A stretch of 61,774 nucleotides of DNA, counting the filler, from Myxococcota bacterium (GTDB taxonomy: Bacteria; Myxococcota_C; UBA6777): assembly GCA_023150835.1 (NCBI GenBank). It is 4 parts of 4 records of this genome, joined end to end, with 100 filler letters (N's around TTAATTAATTAA, not from the genome) between each part and the next. Parts side by side here need not be neighbours in the genome. Positions count along the whole stretch, not along the records: positions 33,354 to 51,288 come from JAKLKB010000177.1; 3 more parts are not named here. The stretch is one strand, 5' to 3'. The translations under genes and the position numbers were made by a program. Within the stretch, counting starts at the first letter, position 1, and the number at the start of each line of letters is the position of its first letter. This document shows, piece by piece, positions 40,551-50,804 of this stretch. Below the pieces are notes generated by a model. That model ran no database searches. It was not told where the DNA came from and was given only the letters and a program-made list of their open reading frames with translations.

Positions 40551-41121
40551 ACGAAAAGGTCGTGAGTTGGCGTTGATGGTGTTGTATGCGTTGGATGGCG
40601 TGCCGACGTTTGAACGGCGAGAGGCTCTGGCGCGTTTTTGGGCGTTGTTCGATGAAGATCGCGTCTGGGAAGTGTTTTTAGAAGCGGAACCTGCGATCGA
40701 GCATCCGCTAGAACCGCCGCCGTTGTGGTCGCTGTTTGACAGCCTTTCGCTCGAAGCCAGCCCGCGCCAAACCCCCCCACCCTTCGAGCAAGCCCGCCTT
40801 ACCACCGAGTTTGCACAGGTGCGGATCGATGGGGTGTTGGATCATCTCTCGATCCTTGACGAAGAGATCGGGCGCGCAAGTCGAGGTTGGCGGATTCAAC
40901 GCATGGCGCAGATCGACCGAAATATCTTGCGGATCGGAGCCTACGAGATCTTGCATTGTTCGGATATCCCCGGGCCTGTGATCATCAACGAAGCCCTCGA
41001 ATTGAGCAAACGCTTCTCCTCTCGCGAGTCTCGCTCCTTTATCAACGGTGTTCTTGATCGGATCTTGCGCACCCGAAACGAAGGCCCCGCCGTCACCACC
41101 CGCCCATCCCGCCGCAATTAG
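40540..41121 (+). CDS. nusB: Transcription antitermination factor NusB
   Basis: [44 protein letters not shown]. Confidence 0.96.
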   Translation: MSIRRKGRELALMVLYALDGVPTFERREALARFWALFDEDRVWEVFLEAEPAIEHPLEPPPLWSLFDSLSLEASPRQTPPPFEQARLTTEFAQVRIDGVLDHLSILDEEIGRASRGWRIQRMAQIDRNILRIGAYEILHCSDIPGPVIINEALELSKRFSSRESRSFINGVLDRILRTRNEGPAVTTRPSRRN

Positions 41122-41158
41122 CTTCCCGCAAAGAAAAGCACACGGAAAGCACTGACAT

Positions 41159-41353
41159 TGTTGGGCAGCCACATGGGGCTGCCCCTACGTTTTACGAACG
41201 AAGATTAGTGCGTAGACGCCCGATTGTTGGGCAGCCACAGGGGGCTGCCCCTACGTTTTACGAACGAAGATTAGTGCGTAGACGCCCGATTGTTGGGCAG
41301 CCACAGGGGGCTGTCCCTACGTTTTACGATCACACGATGGGCGGATTTCGTAT
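41159..41353 (-). repeat. Three tandem REP hairpins (about 67-bp period) ending in the family A terminus
   Basis: TTGGGCAGCCAC..GGGGCTG(C/T)CCCTAC x3, then CGGATTTCGTAT; lies between convergent genes. Confidence 0.9.
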
Positions 41354-41814
41354 TAGCGCTTTTTGTTGCGGAGAAAGTCGCCTGCATCGTCGAGGGCTTT
41401 GAGGAAGGCGTGAAGTAGGTCATGGGAGGAGATGATGCCGATGGTTTTGCCGGTCTTGTCGAGGACAGGGAGCGCGTTGAATTTGTGCTCGGTCATCATC
41501 TTGAGGGCTTTTTCGAGGGTGTCTTGGGGAGTGACGGTTTTGACTTCGCGGGTCATGACGTAGCGGACTTCGTAGTCGTCATCGAGGTTGTAAAAGTCAT
41601 TCCATCCGTCGGGTTCATCGGAGATATCGGGGCGTCGGAGATCGCGATCCGAGAGGATGCCCACCAATCGGCCCTCTTCTTCGACGAGTAGATGTCGATA
41701 ACCATCAAGGCGCATCTTAAAAAAGGCCGAACGGACGGACATATCAGGCGGAATGGTTTCAGGGTTGGGGGTCATCCATTGGCCAACCGACCAGAGATCT
41801 TTGCGCTCTTGCAT
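41353..41814 (-). CDS. CBS-pair protein
   Basis: MTPNPETI..RHLLV..LVGILSDRDL; MTREV..LPVLD..IGIIS. Confidence 0.93.
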   Translation of the reverse strand: MQERKDLWSVGQWMTPNPETIPPDMSVRSAFFKMRLDGYRHLLVEEEGRLVGILSDRDLRRPDISDEPDGWNDFYNLDDDYEVRYVMTREVKTVTPQDTLEKALKMMTEHKFNALPVLDKTGKTIGIISSHDLLHAFLKALDDAGDFLRNKKR

Positions 41815-42157
41815 AGGGACTCCTTGTGTTGAGGGTCATGACGATAGTGCATGGGCCGAGAGGACGGCCTGTTGCATGGTTCGGGGAACGAAGATGGCCT
41901 TGGTTGTAAAAGGCCGATGTGTCGTACACGCCGTCGCACAAGGCTGATTCGCGAAGTGCGCGGTGGTAACGGGCCGATACACGGTGCGTGCGGTTGTGTA
42001 TAACGTGAAAGGCGCGGTCTGACAAGTCCACAGCAAGCATCACACCGCTCTTGGCAAAGAGCCGATGGGTGGGTTAAAAGATTCGTGTTGTGTGCGTTGC
42101 GTAAGGCGGCGTGCGAAAGCAGCGAAGCGATAGACTTGTAGTGAGTTGGAGGCGGAG

Positions 42158-42712
42158 ATGGCGAGACGAGCGGAGTTTGGGAAGCTCAACGTGGGAGATC
42201 GATTGTTTGAAGTGCAGTATTACGAGGTGGTGGAGATCGATCGAGAAAAGCGCGAAGCAGTGTTGCGCAACGAGCGGGGCTATGAGTTGGAAGTGACGCA
42301 CGACGTGATCGAAGAAGGGATGTACACGGCCAACCAATACAACAGCGAAGAACGCCTCCCACGCACGCAGATCGTGGAGATCTTGGAGAACGCCAAAGAC
42401 ACGATCTTCACCGTGAACTTTCACAAACAGCCAAAAGAAAAAGAAGTGTTGGAAGAAGCGTTGGCGGTGATTCGAGCCGAAGGTACGGGAGATCCGAAGG
42501 TGTTTGAGAAACATCTTGGAGAGGCGATTAAGCGCGGCATACACGGCGAAGAACGAACCTTGGTGGGATATCTGATCCAGACCGAGCCAAAGATGGGACG
42601 CAGCCAAGTGATCGATCTTGAAGCGCCCACCGCCGCCCAACGCATCCGCTTGATCGATCATCGCACGATCAATTGGATCGTGATCAAAAATGTGAAATAC
42701 ATCGTCAAGTGA
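42158..42712 (+). CDS. Conserved-looking hypothetical beta-rich protein
   Basis: GGAGG RBS; FTVNFHKQ, GEERTLVGYL, GRSQVIDL, RLIDHRTINWI..NVKY. Confidence 0.85.
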   Translation: MARRAEFGKLNVGDRLFEVQYYEVVEIDREKREAVLRNERGYELEVTHDVIEEGMYTANQYNSEERLPRTQIVEILENAKDTIFTVNFHKQPKEKEVLEEALAVIRAEGTGDPKVFEKHLGEAIKRGIHGEERTLVGYLIQTEPKMGRSQVIDLEAPTAAQRIRLIDHRTINWIVIKNVKYIVK

Positions 42713-42762
42713 GCCACGGTGTTTGCTTCGGAACTGGGGGAGGAATCGTTTATGAAGTCTTG

Positions 42763-42990
42763 TTAGTGTTTGGGAGGGAGAGGCTCGATGGGGTATTGTT
42801 CTTTCCAAGTGTGACGGCAGAGGGGGCATTGGACAAGGCCGGTGGGTCGGCTCCAAAACAGCACACGGCGTTGTTCGGGGACAGGGCGAACCCATACGCG
42901 GCATTGAGGGCATTGGCGGCGAGAGCGGAGTTCGCGCACGACCCACCAGAGGCCCAAAAACAACAATGCGAAGGGAAGAAGTTTGAACAT
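42763..42990 (-). CDS. Small membrane-anchored zinc-ribbon protein
   Basis: N-terminal TM, CPQC and CPLC; GAGG upstream. Confidence 0.6.
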   Translation of the reverse strand: MFKLLPFALLFLGLWWVVRELRSRRQCPQCRVWVRPVPEQRRVLFWSRPTGLVQCPLCRHTWKEQYPIEPLPPKH

Positions 42991-43030
42991 CGGAGCCTCG
43001 TTGTGGGTTGAAGAGGCGCGGGAGCGGGGA

Positions 43031-43687
43031 TTATCCGCGAGTGGCTTGGCGGATGACTTCGATCAGGATGGGTTTGCTGCCCGCGATGATGAACTCGACG
43101 GCGATCACCATGACGATGAGACCCATGATGCGTTTTGCGACTTTGAGCCCCGTTTCGCCAAAGAAGGCGATCAATCGGTCGCCTGCGAGCAGGATGATAT
43201 AGGTCAGAAACAAGATCAACAAGATCGTCGCAATCAAGATGACGAGCTGGATGTTGCTGTGGGCGTCACGAGTCATGATGATGGCGTTGGAGATCGAGCC
43301 GGGACCGCAGATCATCGGGATCCCAAGCGGAGTGATGCCGACGTCAGGGCCTTTTTGCATGGCGGCTTGTGTTTCGCTTGCGGTGCTTTTGAAGGCGGTG
43401 TCTTTGGCTTGAAGCATGTCGTAGCCCATGCCAAAAAACAAAACTCCCCCCGCGATACGGAAGCCGTGAATGCTCAACCCAAAGAACTTGAAGATCACTT
43501 CGCCCAAAACCACAAAGATCACCAACGTGATCGCCGCCGTCAGCGTCGCCTTGAACGCAATCTGCCGCTTTAACGTTCGATCAAGACCCTCCGTCAAACC
43601 CACAAAAACAGGAGCCACCGCCAGCGGATTGATCAAAGAAAAAAAACTCGAAAAAGCCAAAAGAAAAAAACTCAAATACATCGTCAT
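43031..43687 (-). CDS. MarC family membrane protein
   Basis: INPLA..PVF, FRIAGG, PLGIPMICGPG, RIMGLIV. Confidence 0.95.
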   Translation of the reverse strand: MTMYLSFFLLAFSSFFSLINPLAVAPVFVGLTEGLDRTLKRQIAFKATLTAAITLVIFVVLGEVIFKFFGLSIHGFRIAGGVLFFGMGYDMLQAKDTAFKSTASETQAAMQKGPDVGITPLGIPMICGPGSISNAIIMTRDAHSNIQLVILIATILLILFLTYIILLAGDRLIAFFGETGLKVAKRIMGLIVMVIAVEFIIAGSKPILIEVIRQATRG

Positions 43688-44048
43688 CGCAAACAACTCC
43701 TTCTGTTCGGCGTGCGAAATAGACCGATACATCGGTGCTTTTTGCACTCCTTGGCGCTTTCCTTGGCGCAGGGGGATTCAGCGCGCAAAGCAATAATCAC
43801 CGCTCGATCAAAAATCAAGAAGAGTCCACGGAAAGCACGGAAAGCACGGAAAGGGGCAGAAAAGGGGGGCAGGAAAAGGCGTTCGCTCAACCATGAGAGG
43901 TACTCTCGAAGCAAGTCTTTGTTGTGGGATGGTTGGCGATCTGTGATCTCGGTGGGTTTTTCGGTGCTGATGTGTTGGTGCCAGAAGGTATGGTGATTTT
44001 CGGGATCGTATGTATTGGAAGCGCCCTTGCTGTGTGGAGAATTCCAGA

Positions 44049-44303
44049 TCAAGCGGTATCGTTCGTTCTTTTCTGTGGCGGGCCATCGGTGAGCGGCTTG
44101 TTGTACTGCGAACGCATTGATCCTGCGAACGTTTGAGATTCGGGAGTATGCACGGATCGCGCAGGCAAACGTTGTGTTCGTGTGGCTTCTTTGATCTTCT
44201 CCTCAGACAGCATCGGAAGCCGTTCGTGTGGGGGAACATCGTTTTGTTGGGGGCGGAAGAGGCCTTTTGCGGATGGCCCGAGGGTGTGTAGTTGGAGCGT
44301 CAT
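44049..44303 (-). CDS. Possible small hypothetical protein downstream of ccoS
   Basis: Strong AAGGAG RBS before the ATG; no recognisable motif. Confidence 0.3.
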   Translation of the reverse strand: MTLQLHTLGPSAKGLFRPQQNDVPPHERLPMLSEEKIKEATRTQRLPARSVHTPESQTFAGSMRSQYNKPLTDGPPQKRTNDTA

Positions 44304-44368
44304 AAAAAACTCCTTTTTTTCGATGGGTGCGCTGGTTATGGTATGAAATACAAGCGTATAGCTCTGAT

Positions 44369-44602
44369 CTATTTTTGTTCATCGTTTGGTGTGTGAAAGG
44401 GCGGAGGATGCGGGTGGGTTGGAGGAGTTGTGTGGTTGGGAGGGTTCGTTTTTTTGGTGTGTTTGTTTTCATCGAAGAGGATGCGCATGGCGGGTGTATC
44501 GAGGTCATCGAACTGGCCATTTTTGGCGGCCCAAACGAAGAAGCCGACAGCAGAGGCAGAGAAAAGCAAGGCAAGGGGGAGGACAAGGTAAAGCGCTTCC
44601 AT
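44369..44602 (-). CDS. ccoS: cbb3-type oxidase maturation protein CcoS/FixS
   Basis: LYLVLPLAL..FVWAAKNGQFDDLDTPAMRILFD. Confidence 0.95.
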   Translation of the reverse strand: MEALYLVLPLALLFSASAVGFFVWAAKNGQFDDLDTPAMRILFDENKHTKKTNPPNHTTPPTHPHPPPFHTPNDEQK

Positions 44603-44629
44603 GAAGCAGGTTCCTTTCGATGGATCGCG

Positions 44630-47293
44630 TCAAGATGACGAGAGCGCGGAGTGTGGGGGAAGTATGGGGCAAGCCGCGTTGGGATCGACGGCAGCAGTTG
44701 TGGGGAAAGTATAGGCGCGAAAAGAGAGGGTGACGACGGTGAGAGAAGAAAGGGGCATGAGGATGGCGGCGGCCAAAGGGCCGATCATTCCGGCGACAGC
44801 GAGGGTTGCGCCGAGGATATTGTAGGAGAGAGAGAAGCGGAGATTGCGTCGGATGGCGTGGAGGGTGTGTTGTGCGCCGTCAAGAAGCTCGTGAAGAGGC
44901 GTCATGCCGGGGCGCGAAAGGAAGATATCTGCGATGGCAAGGCAGGCTTCTGCGCCTCCGTGAACGCCGATACCGACGGTTGCAGCGGAGAGTGCAGCGG
45001 CATCATTGACGCCATCGCCGACCATGACGACAGGAGCGGGGGTTTGGTTGACGATGCGCAGTTTGTCTTCGGGAGATAGGCCACCGTGACAGCGTTGCAA
45101 GTCGATCTGAAGGCGTTTGGCGACAGCGTGGACGACGTGCGGATGATCACCCGAAAGGATACCGATACGCCAGCCTTTGCGTTGGAGGGTTTGGAGCGTG
45201 GAAGCGGCGTCTTTGCGGATCGGATCGCCAAGCGCAACGATGGCGGCGATCTGTTGGTTGACGGCGATCAGGGCGGGTGTAAGGGCGTCTTGGGTGATGG
45301 TCTCAAGGGTGACTTCGGCCTGCGGGGGCAGAGGCCCAAAGCGGCGAACAAAAGCCGAAGGAGAAAGCACCGCAAGAGTATCGTTGCCGAAACGTGCGGT
45401 GATGCCTTCGCCGACGGTGTATTGGACATCGGAAAGGCCGGTTGTTTGGGATTGAGGGAGAGCCTGCGCGAGTGCGAGAGCGATGGGATGGGCGATCTGG
45501 GATTCGAGGGCTTGGACGAGTGCAGGCAAAGAAGGCTGCCCGTCGTGTTCGGTCGGAAGTTCGGCGATCGGATGGGGAATGGGCGAGAAGATGGCGGAAG
45601 ATGCAGGAGTGTTGGGATATGGATGGGGTGTTGAAGCGTCGGAGAGTCGGGTGGTGCCAAACCATTGGATGAGGCGGAAGTTGCCTTCGGTGAGCGTGCC
45701 GGTTTTGTCGAGCCAGAGCGTGCCGGGAGTGGCGAGGGATTCGAGGAGCGCGCCGCCTTTGATCAGGATGCCACGTCGTGCAGCACGCCCGATGCTAACG
45801 CCGATGGCAAGGGGCGTTGCGAGAGCCAGAGCGCAAGGGCAACAGATGACCAAGAGCGCGACGGCGTGTTCGAGAGCAAGGGAGGGATCGAGGTATGACC
45901 ACAAGATCGCCGTGATGATCGCAAGGATCACCACCACCACCACAAAGCGACCCGCGAGGCGATCGGCGAGTTGGACGATGGGAGCGCGTTTTTGACTGGT
46001 TTCTTCGACTTCGCGCAAAAGCTGTCCGAGGCGAGTTTCGCTGCCAGCGCGTTGGATGGTCACACGAACAACGGCGCTCAAATTGAGCGTACCCGCGAAG
46101 ATCGAGTCGCCTTCGTTGCGGTGTGTGGGGCGAGATTCACCCGTTAGGATCGCGCTATCGATCAGGGTGTGGCCTTGGCAGATCAGGCCGTCTGCGGGGA
46201 AGGTTTCACCTGCGAGGACTTCGACGATATCGCCCGATTGAAGGGCTTCGACAGAGACGGATTGTCGCTGTTCACCGTTGATTCGCGTGGCACGCGATGG
46301 AGAGAGGCTGTAGAGCAACTCGGTGGCTTGTGCAGCCATCCGTTGCTGGCGGCGTTGCAGCCACCGCCCAACAAGCAAGAGGAAGATCAGGGCCGTCACC
46401 GAATCGAAGTAGATCTCGCCGTGTCCGCGAAAAGTGTTGACGGCCCCCGAGAGAAAGCCGGCAGCCAAGCCCAACGCGATCGGTTGGTCGATATGCAGGC
46501 TTTGCGCACGCAAGGCCCCGATCGCGCTGCGAAAGAACAATGATCCTCCCCAGATCATCGACGGGATGGTGAGCAAAAAGCTGATCCAGCGAAAGAGGTT
46601 GCGATAAGCGGGTTCCATGCCGGAGAATATGCCGCTGTAGAGGGCAAAAGCCAACAGCATGACGTTTCCCGCCACAGCCCCCGTCAAAGCGATGCGGATC
46701 AACATCTGCCGATCTTCTTTTTGTTGATGGGAGCCCTTGTAGAGATCGCGGTAGGGATGGGGCAGATAACCAAGGCGATCTAAGAAGATCGCGATCTGTG
46801 AAAGGCGTTGGTGTTCGGGATTCCAGATCAAGCGCAAAGCGGATCGGCGAAAGTCGACCCGCGCTTCGTGAACCCCCGCGAGAAGAGAAGGCAACTTTTC
46901 GAGCAGCCAGATACATGCGGCACAATGGATGCCTTCGAGATAAAGTTCGATCTCTTGAAGCTGGCTGTTTTTGTATGGTTGTGTGTAGAGCTTTTGAAAC
47001 ACAGCATCGTCGAAGTGAGCGTATGGTTCGGGTTCTTGGGCGGCTTGGGGTCGTGTGGGCTTTCCTTGGAGCGTTTGAGCATAGAGCGCCTCAAGACCGT
47101 GTTTGTTGAGCAACAAAGCGGCCATCTCGCAGCCGTTGCAGCAGTATTGGGCTGTTCGGTCGGCACGCAACAAGCCCTTGGGGACGGGCAGACCACAGTG
47201 ATCGCAAGGGATCTCGCCGTTTGAGGGAGCGGGCGGATCGGCGGTGGGAGCAATGGAGTCGGTGGGTGGGCTGTTGGGCTTGGTGGATGTCAA
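44630..47293 (-). CDS. ccoI: P1B-type copper ATPase CcoI/FixI (probable TTG start at 47293)
   Basis: CDHCG..CCNGC, HCAAC, TGES, CPCAL, DKTGT, GDGVND; AAGGA before TTG. Confidence 0.95.
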   Translation of the reverse strand: MTSTKPNSPPTDSIAPTADPPAPSNGEIPCDHCGLPVPKGLLRADRTAQYCCNGCEMAALLLNKHGLEALYAQTLQGKPTRPQAAQEPEPYAHFDDAVFQKLYTQPYKNSQLQEIELYLEGIHCAACIWLLEKLPSLLAGVHEARVDFRRSALRLIWNPEHQRLSQIAIFLDRLGYLPHPYRDLYKGSHQQKEDRQMLIRIALTGAVAGNVMLLAFALYSGIFSGMEPAYRNLFRWISFLLTIPSMIWGGSLFFRSAIGALRAQSLHIDQPIALGLAAGFLSGAVNTFRGHGEIYFDSVTALIFLLLVGRWLQRRQQRMAAQATELLYSLSPSRATRINGEQRQSVSVEALQSGDIVEVLAGETFPADGLICQGHTLIDSAILTGESRPTHRNEGDSIFAGTLNLSAVVRVTIQRAGSETRLGQLLREVEETSQKRAPIVQLADRLAGRFVVVVVILAIITAILWSYLDPSLALEHAVALLVICCPCALALATPLAIGVSIGRAARRGILIKGGALLESLATPGTLWLDKTGTLTEGNFRLIQWFGTTRLSDASTPHPYPNTPASSAIFSPIPHPIAELPTEHDGQPSLPALVQALESQIAHPIALALAQALPQSQTTGLSDVQYTVGEGITARFGNDTLAVLSPSAFVRRFGPLPPQAEVTLETITQDALTPALIAVNQQIAAIVALGDPIRKDAASTLQTLQRKGWRIGILSGDHPHVVHAVAKRLQIDLQRCHGGLSPEDKLRIVNQTPAPVVMVGDGVNDAAALSAATVGIGVHGGAEACLAIADIFLSRPGMTPLHELLDGAQHTLHAIRRNLRFSLSYNILGATLAVAGMIGPLAAAILMPLSSLTVVTLSFRAYTFPTTAAVDPNAACPILPPHSALSSS

Positions 47294-47297
47294 GAAG

Positions 47298-48146
47298 TCA
47301 GTCCTTTTTCGGGTTGTGGGGCTTGAGAGGCCGAGAAGTTGGGCGCGGTGGTGAGGAGAGGCAAGGGGCGGGTGTTTCGGGCTTGCGGATGCGCGGATCG
47401 AGGATTGGGTCGGTATCGTAAGCGGGCGGAAGTAGAGGGGCGTGAGAGTGGCGATGGGAGTGGGTGTTGGGGAATAGAGCGATCTTGGCGCGTTGGGAAA
47501 AGGCAAGCCCGCCGATGACGATCAAAGCGATCGCACTCAAGCGCGGAACCCACGCACCAAGGGCAAGGCTGAGGCGTCGGATGCCAAGGCCAAGCGCAAG
47601 CAAGGCAGGGACAGTACCCGCCCAAAAAGCGTACATGACCAACGCACCACGTATGGGATCGCCCGTGGAAGCGGCGCTGACAACGAAGGCATACAACCAG
47701 CCGCATGGAAGGGCGGTTGTGAGCAAGCCTAACCACAAAGCACGTCGATGGTTCGGCTGTTCGCGGAGCGTTTTGTAGGCGAGAAAGACGATGCGTTGAA
47801 AGCCCGCAGGGAGGCGTGTTTGGAGCGAGAGGTAGCCGCTTTGTTGGGCAAGCATCCCAAGGCCCCAAAGGATCAACAAGATCCCCGTGATGTAGAGCGC
47901 GGCGTGTTGGAATCCCGCAAAAGCGCCGAGGCGATTGAGGCCCGCTCCCACAAGACCCGCGAGCGCTCCAAGAGCGGTGTACGTCAGCAGCCGCCCGAGA
48001 TGATAAGCCGTATGTGCGCCGATACCGCCTTGTTTTCCATCGCCTTGGTCGCCTGCGTAAAAGGCCACAAATCCCCCGCACATCCCGACACAATGGAGGC
48101 TACCGATCAAACTCGCAAGAAAGACACTACCAAGAAGAGATCCCAT
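47298..48146 (-). CDS. DsbD_2/TauE-like membrane protein of cco clusters
   Basis: GSLHCVGMCGG, YHLGRLLTY, LPCGWLY, FWAGTVP. Confidence 0.92.
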   Translation of the reverse strand: MGSLLGSVFLASLIGSLHCVGMCGGFVAFYAGDQGDGKQGGIGAHTAYHLGRLLTYTALGALAGLVGAGLNRLGAFAGFQHAALYITGILLILWGLGMLAQQSGYLSLQTRLPAGFQRIVFLAYKTLREQPNHRRALWLGLLTTALPCGWLYAFVVSAASTGDPIRGALVMYAFWAGTVPALLALGLGIRRLSLALGAWVPRLSAIALIVIGGLAFSQRAKIALFPNTHSHRHSHAPLLPPAYDTDPILDPRIRKPETPAPCLSSPPRPTSRPLKPHNPKKD

Positions 48147-48168
48147 CAAAAGCCATCCTTTCGGTGCG

Positions 48169-48690
48169 TTAGCTTTTGGAGACGGGGAGTTTGAGCATCT
48201 TGCGAGACTGAGCCGCAAAGCGTTGGGGGCCGCGTTGTGCATGGAGGCGGAAGATCCAAAGTCCGGGCCGATGGGCCAATATCGGAGAAGTATAACGTCC
48301 TTTGCCGGTGGGTTTGAGCGTAAGGCGGAGAGGTTGGCTGGCTTGGGCATTGTGAAAGGCGCGAACGGTGACATCGGCATCTTGGAGTGGTGAGCCATCT
48401 TGGGCCTGCAAAGTAACGGAGAGGATCTGGAGGGTTGGGCGCGTTGGATGGGGCTTGAGCGTTAGATCAAAACGCCAGCCCAGTCGTGTGCTTTGGGTGT
48501 TTTCATCGACTTGTTTGTCCCATTCGACGGCTTTTTTGTAATAGTTGTCTTCGACGGCGAAAGAAGGATCGTTGATGGCGATCACGACCATCAAGAGGCT
48601 TCCGCCAGAACTGATCGCAAGAAGGCCGACGAGCAGCCAAGGCCAAAACCAGCCTTCGCTGCGTTGGGGAGAAGGTGTGGGGGTCATCAA
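48169..48690 (-). CDS. ccoH: FixH/CcoH family protein
   Basis: WPWLLV TM, DPSFAVEDNYY, LGW, G.Y..PGLW. Confidence 0.85.
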   Translation of the reverse strand: MMTPTPSPQRSEGWFWPWLLVGLLAISSGGSLLMVVIAINDPSFAVEDNYYKKAVEWDKQVDENTQSTRLGWRFDLTLKPHPTRPTLQILSVTLQAQDGSPLQDADVTVRAFHNAQASQPLRLTLKPTGKGRYTSPILAHRPGLWIFRLHAQRGPQRFAAQSRKMLKLPVSKS

Positions 48691-50681
48691 AAGCTGCTCC
48701 TAGAGGGTGGGGCTTGACGGAGTGTGGGCGTGGTCGGGAGTGAGGCAGGCGGAGCGATCGGAAGAGAGGCTGCGGAAGGAAGGGTTGTCGAGGTGGGAGG
48801 TGCGGATGGGCGGGATGTAGGGGCCGTCGTGTTGTTGGGAGATGCGGAAGGACGGGATGTATGGGCCGTCGTGTTGTTGGGAGATGCGGAAGGACGGGAT
48901 ATATGGGCCGTCGTGTTGTTGGGAGATGCGGAAAGACGGGATGTATGGGCCGTCGTGTTGTTGGGAGATGCGGAAAGACGGGATGTATGGGCCGTCGTGT
49001 TGTTGAGAGGTGCGGATGGAGGCGGTACTGCGGGTGTGGTGGATGTAGAAGATGCGGAAGGGTGGGGTGTTGTGGAAGCATACGGACGAGGCGGCCCGAT
49101 TAGCGGGAAGTTGCGTTCCCAAGTGAAGCCTTTGCCATCGGAGACGCGGATCTTGACGGTGTAGGGGTTTTGATCGTGGGCGGAGCGCGGGATCATGGTA
49201 AAGACGTTGGCTTTGTCGAGTCCGTAGGCATCGATCTCGATGGGATTGATGGGGATGATGGAACGCAGGGGGCGATCTTTGGGGCCGATGATCTCGATGC
49301 GGTAGGATTGTTTGGAGGCGGTACGGTTGGCGACGCGGATGTGGAGGTGGTTGCTGAGGCTACCGTCGCCAAGGAGCTTGTAGGGTTCGCTGCCAGCGCG
49401 CAATATGGAGGCTTCGGCACGGGTGCGGCTGGTACGGGTCATGGCGAAAGCAAGGACCGAAAAGAGGAAAAGGATCAGAACGGAATAGACCAGAGTGCGC
49501 GGTCTTTTGAGGCGGAGGCGCGGCCCGCCTTCGATTTCGGCTTGCGAAGCATAACGGATCAGGCCCTTGGGTTTGTTGACTTTGGTCATGATGGCGTCGC
49601 AAGCGTCGATACATTGGGCGCAATTGATGCACTCCATTTGTAATCCCTCGCGGATATCGATCCCCATCGGGCAAGCGACCACGCAAGCGCCACAGTCGAT
49701 GCAGTCTCCCCACTCGTTGGCCGAAGGGGCCGAAGTGGCGGAGGATACGGAGCTTAGGAGAGAAGCGGTCGGAGCGGCGGATGGCGTCGAAGAAGTTGGT
49801 GGAACGGAAGGGGTAAGCTGTGTCGAAGAAGACGGTGGGATGGAAGGGATAGGCTGTGCCGAAGAAGACGGTGGGATGGAAGGGATCGGCTGTGCCGAAG
49901 AAGACGGTGGGGCGGAGGTTTTGCGCAGGGCGGCGCGTCCGCGTGGCTCACCACGGTTGGGGTCGTAGCCGACGATCAGGGTGTTGCGGTCAAGGAGGGC
50001 GGACTGGATGCGTCCATAAGGGCAGGCGACAAGGCAGGTTTGTTCGCGGAAGTAGGCGAAGTCAACGAAGATAAGGAGGGTGGTGATCAACATGACAAGG
50101 AAAGGAGCGGGGTGTTTGAAAGGGGATTCACGGACCCAGATCCAGAGGACTTCGGGGCTGACAAAGTAGGCGAGGAAGCTGTTGGCGAGGATGGCGGCGA
50201 TCAGCAAAAAGATCGCGTATTTGAGTAAGCGGATGGGGGAGAAGAAGCTTTCGCGATCGCGTTTGAGGCGTTGAGCGGGGGGGCCTTCGAGCCAGTGTTC
50301 GATCGGTCGGAAGAGGAATTCCATGTAGACGGTTTGAGGACAAGCCCATCCGCACCAAACGCGGCCAAAGAGGGCGGTAAATAAAAAGATGGCAAGGCCG
50401 ACAGCAAGCAAAGACAGCCAAAGGATCAAGGTATCGGTGGGGAAGAAGGTAAAGCCGAAGATCGTAAAACGGCGAGCGGTGAGATCGAGCAAGAAGAGAT
50501 GTTTGCCGTTCCAGCGCAGGTAGGGCAAGACGACAAAGATCAGCATCAAGAAGTAGGCAAGCCACTTTCGCTGTGCATGGAGCTTGCCGGTGGAAAGTTT
50601 GGGGTGGATCCAACGACGGGTGCCGTCTTTGTTCATGGTGGGTAGGACACGTTCGTTGGAAGTGGGGGTTGGGTTGTTCAT
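48687..50681 (-). CDS. ccoG: Cytochrome c oxidase accessory protein CcoG/FixG with low-complexity insertions
   Basis: GRVWCGWACPQT, CPYGRIQ, CIDCGACVVACPMGIDIR, ECINCAQCIDAC. Confidence 0.96.
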   Translation of the reverse strand: MNNPTPTSNERVLPTMNKDGTRRWIHPKLSTGKLHAQRKWLAYFLMLIFVVLPYLRWNGKHLFLLDLTARRFTIFGFTFFPTDTLILWLSLLAVGLAIFLFTALFGRVWCGWACPQTVYMEFLFRPIEHWLEGPPAQRLKRDRESFFSPIRLLKYAIFLLIAAILANSFLAYFVSPEVLWIWVRESPFKHPAPFLVMLITTLLIFVDFAYFREQTCLVACPYGRIQSALLDRNTLIVGYDPNRGEPRGRAALRKTSAPPSSSAQPIPSIPPSSSAQPIPSIPPSSSTQLTPSVPPTSSTPSAAPTASLLSSVSSATSAPSANEWGDCIDCGACVVACPMGIDIREGLQMECINCAQCIDACDAIMTKVNKPKGLIRYASQAEIEGGPRLRLKRPRTLVYSVLILFLFSVLAFAMTRTSRTRAEASILRAGSEPYKLLGDGSLSNHLHIRVANRTASKQSYRIEIIGPKDRPLRSIIPINPIEIDAYGLDKANVFTMIPRSAHDQNPYTVKIRVSDGKGFTWERNFPLIGPPRPYASTTPHPSASSTSTTPAVPPPSAPLNNTTAHTSRLSASPNNTTAHTSRLSASPNNTTAHISRPSASPNNTTAHTSRPSASPNNTTAPTSRPSAPPTSTTLPSAASLPIAPPASLPTTPTLRQAPPSRSSF
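48800..49020 (-). repeat. 42-bp in-frame tandem repeat (PNNTTAHTSRPSAS, about 5 copies) in the ccoG tail
   Basis: GGGCCGTCGTGTTGTTG recurs every 42 bp. Confidence 0.92.
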
Positions 50682-50804
50682 CTTAGACCTTTCGCCACCG
50701 TGGGGAGGTGGCTTGCCCATCCGTGAGCATGGGAAAGAGAACGGGCGATCTTGCGGGATACACCCTTTCTTGAGGGACTGTGATTTGGAGCGACGCAGTT
50801 TCCA

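Noticed and set aside
43826-43852. CACGGAAAG x3 (and TGCTTCGGG repeats near 51231)
   Set aside because: Very short microsatellite-like repeats with no supporting context.
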